Assembly (NCBI GenBank): GCA_038227875.1
Contig: JBBRPR010000056.1
Location: 1 to 55,275 of the forward strand
Length of the DNA: 55,275 nt
DNA from: Planctomycetota bacterium
GTDB taxonomy: Bacteria > Planctomycetota > SZUA-567 > H5-PLA8
Direction of reading: 5' to 3'
Part shown: one piece after another, positions 29,613 through 39,221 of the stretch
How the letters are laid out: the number at the start of each line of letters is the position of its first letter
Numbering within the stretch: position 1 is the stretch's first letter
Program-made: the position numbers and the translations under genes
Notes under the pieces: model-generated
Seen by the model: the letters and a program-made list of their open reading frames with translations, nothing else
Told to the model about the DNA's origin: nothing
Database searches by the model: none

Positions 29613-30880
29613 CAAAACACGAGCCCGCTGGGAAGGATCGCCTGCTTCGGCACCACGATGATGCCATCGCGCACATAGAACAAGCCATTCGGATCGTCGT
29701 ATTCGACCAGCTTTTGCTGATTGATCAGTTGCACGCCCGCGCCGATGCAGGCGTCCTTGTCGACGATGGCACGGACAATCCGCGCTTGATCGCCGATGCC
29801 CACGCGCGCGGTGGCCGGCAGGCCCGAATGGTATTGATCGGAGCCCATCAAAATGGAGTCTTCGATGCTCGCGCCCTTGCCGATGCGCGCGCGGATGCCG
29901 ATCAGCGAATGGCGGATCGTGCAGTCTTCAGCGTAGACGCCATCGCAGATGACACTGCTTTCGATCGTGGCGCGGTTGAGTTTTGCGCCGGGCAGCGGCC
30001 GGGAGTGCGTGTAGAGCGGCGACTCTTCGTCGAACATTTCAAAGCGCGGATGGGGTCGGGTGAGATCGAGATTCGCCTCGTAAAACGCGCCGACCGTGCC
30101 GATGTCCGCCCAGTAGCCGCGGAAACCGAACGCGAAGACGCGGCGTTCCTGAATCGCCTGCGGAATCATGTGTTTGCCGAAGTCGGTCTGTTCCTGATCG
30201 TGCTGCAGCACATCGTCGAGGACTTCGCGGTCGAAAAGATAAATGCCCATGCTCGCGAGGTACGGCCGCGCCGCGGCTTCTTCTGCAGTCAGTCCGAACG
30301 CAGTCGTGTCGGAGCGCATTTCATCGAGCTGCGCGGGCGTGGTGGGCTTCTCGACGAACTTGACGATGCGTCCGCCGGCATCGGTTTTCAGAATGCCCAG
30401 CTCGGGTGCTTCCTCGCGGCTGACGGGTTGCACGGCGATGGTGAGGTCGGCCTTGGCGTTCGCGTGCGCCGCGCCGAATTCGCGGTAGTCCATGCGGTAA
30501 AGATGATCACCAGAGAGAATCAGCACGCGCTTGGACGGCCGGGAGCTGATGTGAACCCACGCCTGCCGCACCGCGTCGGCCGTGCCTTGAAACCACGTGC
30601 CGCCGCGCGCCGTCTGTTCGGCCGCGAGAATCGCGACAAAGCCGCGCGAGAAATTGTCGAAGCGGTAGGTCGTGGCGATGTGCGCGTTCAAGCTCGCCGA
30701 CTGGTACATCGTCAGCACGTAGATCTGGCGCAGTTCCGAGTTGATGCAGTTGGAGATCGGCACGTCGATCAGCCGGTACTTGCCGCCCAGCGGAACCGCC
30801 GGCTTGGCCCGGTCTTTCGTCAACGGAAACAAACGCGTCCCGCGTCCGCCGCCCAGAATTACTGCCGCAGTGTCGTTCAT
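29612..30880 (-). CDS. glgC: glucose-1-phosphate adenylyltransferase
   Basis: GGGRGTRLFPLTKDRAKPAVPLGGKYRLID, WFQGTADAVRQ, LSGDHLYRMDY. AGGAG RBS. Confidence 0.97.
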   Translation of the reverse strand: MNDTAAVILGGGRGTRLFPLTKDRAKPAVPLGGKYRLIDVPISNCINSELRQIYVLTMYQSASLNAHIATTYRFDNFSRGFVAILAAEQTARGGTWFQGTADAVRQAWVHISSRPSKRVLILSGDHLYRMDYREFGAAHANAKADLTIAVQPVSREEAPELGILKTDAGGRIVKFVEKPTTPAQLDEMRSDTTAFGLTAEEAAARPYLASMGIYLFDREVLDDVLQHDQEQTDFGKHMIPQAIQERRVFAFGFRGYWADIGTVGAFYEANLDLTRPHPRFEMFDEESPLYTHSRPLPGAKLNRATIESSVICDGVYAEDCTIRHSLIGIRARIGKGASIEDSILMGSDQYHSGLPATARVGIGDQARIVRAIVDKDACIGAGVQLINQQKLVEYDDPNGLFYVRDGIIVVPKQAILPSGLVF

Positions 30881-30990
30881 GTCGCTCCTGAAAATTGAGT
30901 TCGCCGGATCGTTGATAGATCGTTCCGGCGCGCGCGAAATAATCAAGTGGCAAGTGGCCTTCGGCCAAGGGGCAGATTGCAGGAGTGGTG

Positions 30991-31098
30991 CGCGGGCCAA
31001 TTGGCCCGCGGGTCAAAATGACCTTGGCGCAAATTTGCGCCAAGGTGTTCTACAGGTACAACACTACCATTAGTTGTGGGTCAGGCCAATTGGCCTGA
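30991..31098. repeat. three perfect AATT-centred palindromes
   Basis: CGCGGGCCAATTGGCCCGCG (30991-31010), ACCTTGGCGCAAATTTGCGCCAAGGT (31021-31046), TCAGGCCAATTGGCCTGA (31081-31098). Confidence 0.8.
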
Positions 31099-31200
31099 AG
31101 GTCTCGTGCGCTACCGTGAGTTGAGTAGATCAAACTGTTGGTCGCTTTTCTGGCGGACAGAATTGCGAGTACGATGTGCGGAACCTTGAGGAGACAGCAA

Positions 31201-31563
31201 ATGCCCACATTGATCCCCACCCCGACGCGCATTCAAGCCGCGGGAAATAAGCCGAAGCTGATCGACGAATTCATCGGCCGCGTGAATTCCAAGCACACGC
31301 AACTGAGCGTCGCTCAGATGCGCAGTCCCTGCGGCTGGGTGGAACCCGGACAGACGCCGGAGTTCGAAGAGTTCACGGTCGTGCTAAAGGGCCTGCTGCG
31401 CGTCCAATATAAGGGAGGCTCGCTCGACGTCCGCGCCGGCCAGGCGGTCGTCACACACGCCGGCGAATGGGTGCAGTACAGCACACCCGAAGCGGACGGC
31501 GCGGAGTACATCGCGATCTGTCTGCCGGCGTTTGGGATGGACACGGTCCATCGGGATGCGTGA
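31201..31563 (+). CDS. small cupin-domain protein
   Basis: GAGGAG RBS. EPGQTPEFEEFTVVLKG...VRAGQAV cupin pattern. Confidence 0.85.
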   Translation: MPTLIPTPTRIQAAGNKPKLIDEFIGRVNSKHTQLSVAQMRSPCGWVEPGQTPEFEEFTVVLKGLLRVQYKGGSLDVRAGQAVVTHAGEWVQYSTPEADGAEYIAICLPAFGMDTVHRDA

Positions 31564-31766
31564 GGTTTCTTATCTCGCGCAAAGACGCAAAGTCGCAAAG
31601 AACAGCAACGACTTTGGATTATTCTCCCTTAGTGACCAAAGTCACGAAGGGAGAATGTGTCGATTTTTAACCATCGGATAAATTTATGCCGAGGTACCCT
31701 ACCCTCAACACATCCGTTCGTGCCGTTCTTTGCGTCTTTGCGCCTTTGCGCGAGATAAAAAACTCA
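31561..31766. repeat. MITE/REP-like element with inverted CGCAAAG arms between convergent stops
   Basis: TGAGGTTTCTTATCTCGCGCAAAGACGCAAAGTCGCAAAGAACAGC matches the reverse complement of 31722-31766. Confidence 0.85.
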
Positions 31767-33173
31767 CTCGTCATCCGATTCCTGATTTTCGTTCGACCAG
31801 CCCAGCCTCAATCCCAGCGGAAAGCGGATGGCAGCCATTTCGACGGCCCAGGTGCGGATCGAGAAGGGTTGGACGACGCGCAGTTCGCGGAAAATCTTGA
31901 TGAAGAAGACGCTGGCGATCACGCGGAAGACGAACGAGACCAGGAAGATGTACGTGTAGCTGCTGCCCACCGTGAAGGTGTGGCTGGCGACGCTGAGCGT
32001 CGTGGGCACGCTGAGCAGCGCGGCGCCGGCCATCGCGCCGAGAAAGCTGCCCATCCCCAGAAAAATGCTGAAGTACGCGAAGCAGCGCGCGCGCTTGGTC
32101 GATGAGACGGCTTCCATGATGTAATTCGTGCAGCTTAAGGTAAAGCCCGACCACAGCGCTCCGGCCAGACACTGGCACGCCACGAACCAGAGCAGGTGAT
32201 CGAAGAAGAGCCAAAGGATCGGGACGAGCGAGAGCAGCGTGCTGGTGAGTGCCAGTGTCGCGCGGTTGCCAAAGCGCGCGCTGAAGCGGCCCCAGTACAG
32301 AAACGTGAGCACCGAACAGAGGGCGCTGCCGGAATCGATGATGACCCATTCCCACGGTTCGTGATTGAGCGCCTTGACCGCGTGCGGCAGATAAAACGGA
32401 GCGGAGACGAACGCGCCGAAGTAAAAGACCGCGACGAAGATCACGAACTTGACGAAGTTCGATTCCCGTGCGCGCCGGATGAATTGCCAGAACGTGAAGC
32501 TGGCCTCCGGCGGGGGTTCGTATTTGGGTTCGTACATGCGCTTCACCGACCGGAACGAGATCAAACGCGCGCCGCTGGCGATGAGAAACATGCCGAAGAA
32601 GACGAGTGTCAGACGGTCATTCTTCTCGACGGCAGAGGTGTGATAACCGGCCATGCAGACGGCGCAAAAGAGCACGACTTTACCCGCCAGGCTCATGAGG
32701 CCGCAGTTGCGCGCGTTGCGGGCGAAATAAATGGAGCGCCGCGTGCTGGGACACAATTCGCTGATCCAGCTGTTCCACGACGGCCCGCCGAAATTTCCAG
32801 CGGCAAAATAGACGATCACAATCGGCAGAAACAATTTCTGTGCCAGGGAATTTCCGCCCTTGAGCGCCAGCAGCGCCAACGGCAGAAACATGATGCATTG
32901 CGTCATCACCCCGATGAGCACCAGGAACTTGCGGCGGCGCTGGCGTTCGACAACATTCGCGCCGATCACCTGCATGAACGGTCCGAGCAGATTGGGAATG
33001 CCGGCAAGCAGTCCGAAGTACGAATCGGGAGCGAGAATGTGCGCGGCGAAGAGCGCGAAGCTCGCTTCGCCGAAGCCCACCATCGTGGCGCTCCAGAACA
33101 TCGCGCTGAGCCCGGCGGTGAGACTTTTTTCCCGGACAACTTCGTCGATCCGCACGGATTGCGCGTGGCTCAT
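31764..33173 (-). CDS. MFS transporter
   Basis: About 12 hydrophobic segments, WGRFSARFGNR motif, PSWNSWISEL. Confidence 0.88.
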   Translation of the reverse strand: MSHAQSVRIDEVVREKSLTAGLSAMFWSATMVGFGEASFALFAAHILAPDSYFGLLAGIPNLLGPFMQVIGANVVERQRRRKFLVLIGVMTQCIMFLPLALLALKGGNSLAQKLFLPIVIVYFAAGNFGGPSWNSWISELCPSTRRSIYFARNARNCGLMSLAGKVVLFCAVCMAGYHTSAVEKNDRLTLVFFGMFLIASGARLISFRSVKRMYEPKYEPPPEASFTFWQFIRRARESNFVKFVIFVAVFYFGAFVSAPFYLPHAVKALNHEPWEWVIIDSGSALCSVLTFLYWGRFSARFGNRATLALTSTLLSLVPILWLFFDHLLWFVACQCLAGALWSGFTLSCTNYIMEAVSSTKRARCFAYFSIFLGMGSFLGAMAGAALLSVPTTLSVASHTFTVGSSYTYIFLVSFVFRVIASVFFIKIFRELRVVQPFSIRTWAVEMAAIRFPLGLRLGWSNENQESDDE

Positions 33174-33301
33174 CGCACTGCCCGACTTTCGAAAAGACTG
33201 CTCTGGTTTACAACTCTCTGCCTCTCACTGCGAACACGTACCGTATTGACGTGAAGCCGCTGGCGGAACAGGAAATTCTGAATCCGCGCCCGCCGTAAGT
33301 T

Positions 33302-34696
33302 TTATGCTTCGAAAGCCATCGCCGCGTAGGAGACGGCGCTGTGGGAATTTTTCTTGAGCATCTGATCGTAGTGCAGCAGCCGCGCGGATTTCAGCGTGTC
33401 CTTGCAGACCGTCAGCATCGCCAGGATCGAAACGATGCCGTCGGTGTGCCGCGAATTCTGCGTGCGCGAAATTTCGTCGAACAGGCCCTGCGCGTCCAGC
33501 GTTTCGACCGCATGCAGAATCCGCATGTCGCCGCGCTTGATCGCCGGCAGCTGGCGTTCGCTGATCATCGTGCTGTGGTTGAATTCCGGCCCTACGTGGC
33601 TCATGTCGACACTGCACAGCACGCACCATTTCTTGCCGAGCTTGTCGAGCTCTTCTCGCAGCGTTGCGCAGAACGAGGTGAACGCTTCGGATTCGAGCGG
33701 GTTGGATTCGTCGGAGAGGAACGATTCGATCCCGCCGCAGACAATCGGCACAATTGTGAACGGCTGCTTCCGCGATTCCAGCAGCGCTGTGAGCAGCACC
33801 GCCTGAAACTCGACTGAGAATTCCGAGCGGTGGGCGAGTTCCGAAAGAATCTGGTCGCCGCCGGTCTGCTCCTGAAGTTTCCTGGCCAGCGCGTGCTCCG
33901 TGGTCACCGTGCCCAGCGGCGTCTCGAAATTTTTCGTCGAAACGTTGAAGAGAATATCGCCGGGATTCTGATGCGCGACACCGAGAATCACGAAGACTTC
34001 CGCCTGGCTGCGCGCGAGGATTTCCTTATACGCATGAGCGTACGTCGCGCCGCCGACGCGCAGATCGATGTGCGGAATGACGATGGCGCGCAGGGTGTCG
34101 ATTCGCGGAGCCGGAATTTCCGTGGGTTTGTTCTTGCCCGCGTCGGGGCCATCGGGCGCCGTAAAGAACGCTTCGATGGTCTTGCGCAGCGCCAGCGGAT
34201 CGGCCGGGTACGACGTCCCCGCGTGCGCCGCGGGGCGGACTTCCTTGTCGAGGTACGCGTTGAGCTGCTTCTTGAATGTGCGTTCAAACCGGCGGCTCTG
34301 CAGAAACAGCGACTTGTCGAGCTCGCGCTGAAGTTCGAGTGCCTGATCGGGCTTCAATTCCTGGTGGTAGCGTTCGTTAAACGCGTGCGCGACTTCCTCG
34401 GCCGAACGCTTCCCATTAAAAAGCGTGGCAAGCGCGTAGGCCATGGTGCTTAAGATCACGGCCTTGGGTGCGAGGCCATCGGGATCTTCGAGCACGACGA
34501 CGGTATTGGCGCCGGAATCGTCCTCGGACGGTTCCTGCAGGCCTTTGCCGTCGGGGGAAACGCTGGCGATTTTCGGTTCAACTTCGCGCATCGACGGAAT
34601 CGGATCGTCGACAGTCTTGGCCAACGGCAGGAAGACTTCGGACGCCTCATCGGCGTCGTCATCGTCGTCGAACATGGATGAAGTCAGTTCACTCAC
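33302..34696 (-). CDS. AmmeMemoRadiSam protein B (MEMO1 family) with N-terminal extension
   Basis: RPAAHAGTSYP, IPHID, LGVAH, FETPLG, HRSEFSVEFQ, SVDMSHVGP, VSYAAM. Confidence 0.88.
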   Translation of the reverse strand: MSELTSSMFDDDDDADEASEVFLPLAKTVDDPIPSMREVEPKIASVSPDGKGLQEPSEDDSGANTVVVLEDPDGLAPKAVILSTMAYALATLFNGKRSAEEVAHAFNERYHQELKPDQALELQRELDKSLFLQSRRFERTFKKQLNAYLDKEVRPAAHAGTSYPADPLALRKTIEAFFTAPDGPDAGKNKPTEIPAPRIDTLRAIVIPHIDLRVGGATYAHAYKEILARSQAEVFVILGVAHQNPGDILFNVSTKNFETPLGTVTTEHALARKLQEQTGGDQILSELAHRSEFSVEFQAVLLTALLESRKQPFTIVPIVCGGIESFLSDESNPLESEAFTSFCATLREELDKLGKKWCVLCSVDMSHVGPEFNHSTMISERQLPAIKRGDMRILHAVETLDAQGLFDEISRTQNSRHTDGIVSILAMLTVCKDTLKSARLLHYDQMLKKNSHSAVSYAAMAFEA

Positions 34697-34768
34697 GCTG
34701 GCGCCTCGGTCCTCAGATAAGAAATATCAGGTTACACCCCCGCGGAACAAGTACCATAGCCAAATGGC

Positions 34769-34797
34769 TTGACAGGGGGTTAACGAGGAAGTAATAA
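34769..34797 (+). promoter_or_regulatory. sigma70-like promoter of tRNA-Gly
   Basis: TTGACA-17 nt-TAATAA, ending 13 nt upstream of the tRNA. Confidence 0.55.
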
Positions 34798-34810
34798 AGA
34801 GCGCTCGTTC

Positions 34811-34882
34811 GCGGGTGTAGCTCAGTGGTAGAGCGCGACCTTGCCAAGGTCGAAGTCGAGGGTTCGAACCCCTTCACCCGCT
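34811..34882 (+). tRNA. tRNA-Gly (GCC)
   Basis: GCGGGTG/CACCCGC acceptor stem, GACCT-TGCCA-AGGTC anticodon arm, GGTTCGAACC T-loop. CCA is not encoded. Confidence 0.97.
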
Positions 34883-34914
34883 TGCTCTGTATACACAACT
34901 TTTGCATTAAAACG

Positions 34915-34944
34915 AAAAGGGGCGACCGGTATACCAGTCGCCCC
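34915..34944. terminator. intrinsic terminator hairpin
   Basis: AAAA-GGGGCGAC...GTCGCCCC between the tRNA and the convergent CDS. Confidence 0.6.
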
Positions 34945-35131
34945 ATATTGTTCCGCATCAATTTCCACACGCTCACATGTCCATGTGGCCGCGTCGCCTC
35001 GGTTGCCGCCGGATCAACAAGGACACCACCCAGCCGGATCCTGTGGCCTTCTCGTCGACTTGCGTAACACGCGATGCGGAGCCGTACGGCCCCACGCACG
35101 TTCCAGAGCATGTGTCTTTCCGGGTCATTAC

Positions 35132-37714
35132 CTATCGCTTGGGTGATGCCTGAGGCGGGTCGATTAACACCTCGCCAACGCACACGAACACCCCTTCGCC
35201 AAATATCGTACTCGTCAGGCGGATGATCACGCTGCCCTTGACGTTCCAGACCACATACTTGCCCCCCTCTCTCAGGCGGCCCTTGATGTCCTTTACGTTC
35301 TGGGTGTCGAGCTTCTTGAGTGTATTGGCATCGAATACATCAATCTGCAATTCCGTGCGGGCCGAATAGGCCATGCAGCGTACCGCCACCTGGTGCATCT
35401 TGCCATCCGTTGTGTCCACAAGGAAATCGAACCATCTGCTGTTCTCCGATCCGCTCCAGGCGCCATCTTTGCTCAGGAATTCCGCGGGCGTCCTCACCAC
35501 CACGCCTCTAGGTGCAGCCAAGGTGACCTTCGGGTCTGCCGACACGCCCCCCTCCGAACCGTAGACGCCCGTCCAATTCGCCAGGGTCGTGTCGTCAGCC
35601 TTGACGAACTGGGCCGAAGCTGGCTGGGCATCGGACACCGTGAAGGAAAGTGTTTCGCGGCGCGGTTCACTCTTTGGACCGGTGTAGCAACTATAGAGGA
35701 GCGAAAGCTTGTCGCCCGTCTTCCAACTCTTGTCCGTCGTGAGGAAAATGCGCCGGCAACTCGGGTCAACCACGGCCTTTGTCACCGCGGCGCCCGTCAC
35801 GCTGTAACGCGCCGGCTGACTCCAGCCCCCTTCCGGCGGCAGGAAGGCTTCCGCTCCCAAAATAACGGTATTTTCAATGCAATTTCTCACGGTGAGTGCC
35901 GGCATGGAGACCGGCGCCGGAGCTGACGGTGCGTGGTCTTCGATATCGTAGCAGGCAATGGAATCCACGGTCCGCACAAACATCTTTCCATCGGCAAGGA
36001 CGAGACCATTCAGGAAGGCGGCCTTCGGATGGAAAAGCCCCTGCTCCAAGTACTTCTCGGGAGTGGCCTTGAACATGACCACCGGGTAATCATCTTTGGC
36101 ATAGCTGTGCTTTCCACCGGCAATGGCGAACAGCTTCCCGTCCGCCAGAATCAGGAAACCCAACGAATCTGCATAGGGGGCGGCGGCGATCTTCCAGTTT
36201 GTCTCGCCGGTTTTCAGATCGTAGCACCGAATCATGTTGCCCAACTGGTACACGAAACCGAGATGCGTGACGTAAGAGCTGGCCGGATCCTGGGGCATCC
36301 CTTTCCAAACGAATTCCGGTCCCTCGGGTTTGAGTTTGTAACAGAACGAGCCAGCTTCACGACTTCCCCACGGCGAAGCAAAAATCAGATTGTCTCCACA
36401 TAAGGCGGCCCCAGCGTTGTTCTTCTTTATAGACCACAACTCCTTGCCGGTCTTCATTTCCAGGCAACTGATCTGGCTGTCCTCGCCATTCCCGGCAATT
36501 ACGCAATTCCTGCCGTTGCTTTGCCACAACAAGGGCGACGGCCAGTTGTTGCTAAATTTCAAGTTCTTGGGCCATGCCGGATTCTTCCAAAGCAAATCGC
36601 CACTTTGGGCGTCGAAAGCCACACCCCGACCGGGATCGTAAACTACCCCATCGGCCACAAGGGGGTTGGCGTGCAAGGGCTCTCCCTTAACCTGCCACGC
36701 AACCTTACCGTCCTTGGCGGAGAGGCAATAGAGCGCGGCCGCACCACATACATAGAGTTTATCATTGGAAAACGTCGGCGTGCCGCTGACACCGAACCTG
36801 GCAACAGCGCCGTTGGCATTGCCCCATTCCGATCGCTTGAAACTGACGTCAAAGTCCACCGGAAAGTCCTGCCGCCAGAGCGTCTTGCCGGTCCTGGCGT
36901 CCAGGCAGAAGACCGTGTCCGCCATGTAGAACGCATTCCGGTAGAAGGGCGAACCCGAGTGAGTGGCGCCCCCATGAAATCCGCACTTTCCGTTCAATAA
37001 ATTGTCCCATTCCATCTTTGTTTTGAGCCGGGTATTCTTGAACTTGCTCGCCTTGGCAAGTCTATCCCACGAATATACCTCGGTGTCGTTACGGCTCTTC
37101 TGCGGGATGCACAAACGCCGCCTGATGAAGTCACCGTAGGTCTTGGCTTCATCTGGCGAGAGCTTGGCCAGGAAATCCTTGATGTACTTGTCCAGTTCCG
37201 GCGTCTTGGCGAGATAGGCGTCAATGTCGCTCGTCTTGCCGGCCTTCTCCCCGTTGGCCCATTCCCATTCCGAGTTCTTCGGACGGTCCTCAGACGCCCA
37301 CGCCTCTTCGACCTTTTTCGCCAACTCCTCCGGAACATTCTCCTGCCAACCGCAGAGCATCAGCATCTCGTCGGTTATGAGCGCATAACCTTCGGTGCTC
37401 TTATCAATGGGCCATTTCGCGTTGACGTAAATGAACACTTTTCCGTCCGCAACGATGGGCTGGCTGAAGCCGCCTTCCCAAGCTGTTGGCATCCATTCGG
37501 TGCTCTTCCACACGAGCGGCGGGCCTTCCTTGGGCCAACTGTCGAGCAGTTTCGGTGAATTCACCACCGCGCCATCTCGGTTCGGCCCGCGCCACTGCGG
37601 CCAGTCCTGTGCATCGTTTTTCGCGGCCTCTTCGGCGTAACAGGACCGCGTCATTAGCACGACCATGAGAGTCGCGACGATCGGTGCCAAGATTGACATT
37701 CTCATCTGCGTCAT
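35132..37714 (-). CDS. secreted PQQ/BamB-like beta-propeller protein with inserted helical region and C-terminal accessory domains
   Basis: Signal peptide, DWPQWRGPNRDG, CLDARTGKTLW repeats. Paralog of 41859-44633. Confidence 0.8.
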   Translation of the reverse strand: MTQMRMSILAPIVATLMVVLMTRSCYAEEAAKNDAQDWPQWRGPNRDGAVVNSPKLLDSWPKEGPPLVWKSTEWMPTAWEGGFSQPIVADGKVFIYVNAKWPIDKSTEGYALITDEMLMLCGWQENVPEELAKKVEEAWASEDRPKNSEWEWANGEKAGKTSDIDAYLAKTPELDKYIKDFLAKLSPDEAKTYGDFIRRRLCIPQKSRNDTEVYSWDRLAKASKFKNTRLKTKMEWDNLLNGKCGFHGGATHSGSPFYRNAFYMADTVFCLDARTGKTLWRQDFPVDFDVSFKRSEWGNANGAVARFGVSGTPTFSNDKLYVCGAAALYCLSAKDGKVAWQVKGEPLHANPLVADGVVYDPGRGVAFDAQSGDLLWKNPAWPKNLKFSNNWPSPLLWQSNGRNCVIAGNGEDSQISCLEMKTGKELWSIKKNNAGAALCGDNLIFASPWGSREAGSFCYKLKPEGPEFVWKGMPQDPASSYVTHLGFVYQLGNMIRCYDLKTGETNWKIAAAPYADSLGFLILADGKLFAIAGGKHSYAKDDYPVVMFKATPEKYLEQGLFHPKAAFLNGLVLADGKMFVRTVDSIACYDIEDHAPSAPAPVSMPALTVRNCIENTVILGAEAFLPPEGGWSQPARYSVTGAAVTKAVVDPSCRRIFLTTDKSWKTGDKLSLLYSCYTGPKSEPRRETLSFTVSDAQPASAQFVKADDTTLANWTGVYGSEGGVSADPKVTLAAPRGVVVRTPAEFLSKDGAWSGSENSRWFDFLVDTTDGKMHQVAVRCMAYSARTELQIDVFDANTLKKLDTQNVKDIKGRLREGGKYVVWNVKGSVIIRLTSTIFGEGVFVCVGEVLIDPPQASPKR

Positions 37715-38111
37715 CCTCTGTCAGCGTGCGCCAGCCCGCGGGGCCTAGACGCAAGAAATGTTTTGTTAGGCTTGCCAAATCACCGATAAACCGGAGTGTC
37801 TTTGTACTGGAGCAATGACTCCGTGTAACTAAACGTAGTACTTTCTACACCACGTATGAACGCAATTCTAGATATTCTATCATCAAAATAGGAAGTGAAC
37901 GACGGGTCGCGCACCGCACGTGGTGTGCGATTGATTTAGGATGTACTCGGCAATTTTAAATCGAGGAGGCAGCGTGTGCCCTCAAGTCGGGCATCAATTC
38001 GTCAATTAGCCGTGGGGCTAATATGGGGCTGGAAGTCCCTTCTTTTCATAGGTAATGTGCGTGGTCGACTTGGCCGCGTGCATAGCCTGTGCATAAAACA
38101 GCTGGGATTCG

Positions 38112-39221
38112 TCATGCCACTCGGGTGATGACAAAGTAGATCGCGGCGCTGAGCCCGGCAGCAATCGGCACGGTCAATACCCATGACAAGGCAATCTGGC
38201 CGATCACTTTCAAATTCGCCTTCTTTGTCATCAGACCCATTCCTGTAATTGATCCGACCGCCACGTGTGTGGTCGAGACCGGCACGCCAATCTTGCTGGC
38301 GAAGATCACCAACGTAGCTGTGACCAGGTTGGCGGTGAAGCCCTGGCCATGATTCATCCGCGTAATCTTCTTGCTCATTGTTTCAGCGACTCTTTTTGCA
38401 TTAAGCAGCCCGCCGACGGCCATGCCGATAGCGATGACCACCATTGCATTCGTGGTACTGATGGATTTGATCAGCAGCATTATCGCTACAATTTTAGGCG
38501 TGTCATTCAAAGCACGAGCGAAGCAGACCGCTCCGGCGCTGAGGAAATGCGCGCCATCCACTACCGGCTGGCAAGCAATGCCCAGGATGCTGCCTTTATA
38601 CTGCCGGGCGCAATTGGCGGTGGTATCCACCGTAACCTTGAGCGGTGCCGCGGTGAAAGCCATGACTGCATTCGGAGCAGCGCTGGCAGAGACGACTGGA
38701 TCGGCGCAGACGCACGTTTCCTCGGTTACGCCCATGACCGTTCGTAGACCGTGCAGGATGCAATAGAGCATTGCGCCGCACGCCGCTGCGATGATGGGAC
38801 TCGACAGTAGCGGCAGGAAAAACTTAACGCCCAGCGTGCTGAAATTGACTGCTGTTCCGACCGCCACGAAACCCGAGCCGACGAGGCCCCCGGTCAGGGC
38901 GTGCGTCGTCGAAATGGGAAATCCGGTAAGAGTGGCAAGAATCACCGTCAGCGCGGCGGCCAGACCCACCGCCAGGAGAAACGCCGTCGAGGCGGCGACG
39001 TCGTTGGGCACGAGGTCGGCGCCAGAGTAGTTTTTGACCAATTGCTGGGCAAAGAAAATCGCGCAGATCGAGCCGCCAAGCTGGGTGATGGTCGCCCACC
39101 AGATCGCCTTCTTGTAGTCAGTGGCGCCACTGCCAAAGAGCGTCGCGACGCCCTTGAAGTTGTCGTTGGCCCCGTTGGAGTAAGCCAGGAATACCGTGGC
39201 AATAAATAGGAGCGCCAGCAT
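38112..39221 (-). CDS. PiT-family inorganic phosphate transporter
   Basis: NGAND, PISTTHAL, LNDTPK, PVSTTH. GAGGGG RBS. Confidence 0.9.
   Translation of the reverse strand: MLALLFIATVFLAYSNGANDNFKGVATLFGSGATDYKKAIWWATITQLGGSICAIFFAQQLVKNYSGADLVPNDVAASTAFLLAVGLAAALTVILATLTGFPISTTHALTGGLVGSGFVAVGTAVNFSTLGVKFFLPLLSSPIIAAACGAMLYCILHGLRTVMGVTEETCVCADPVVSASAAPNAVMAFTAAPLKVTVDTTANCARQYKGSILGIACQPVVDGAHFLSAGAVCFARALNDTPKIVAIMLLIKSISTTNAMVVIAIGMAVGGLLNAKRVAETMSKKITRMNHGQGFTANLVTATLVIFASKIGVPVSTTHVAVGSITGMGLMTKKANLKVIGQIALSWVLTVPIAAGLSAAIYFVITRVA

Noticed and set aside
29443..29688. N-terminus of the 366-aa ORF as listed
   Set aside because: An artefact of the frameshift. The true N-terminus is in the 29612 frame.
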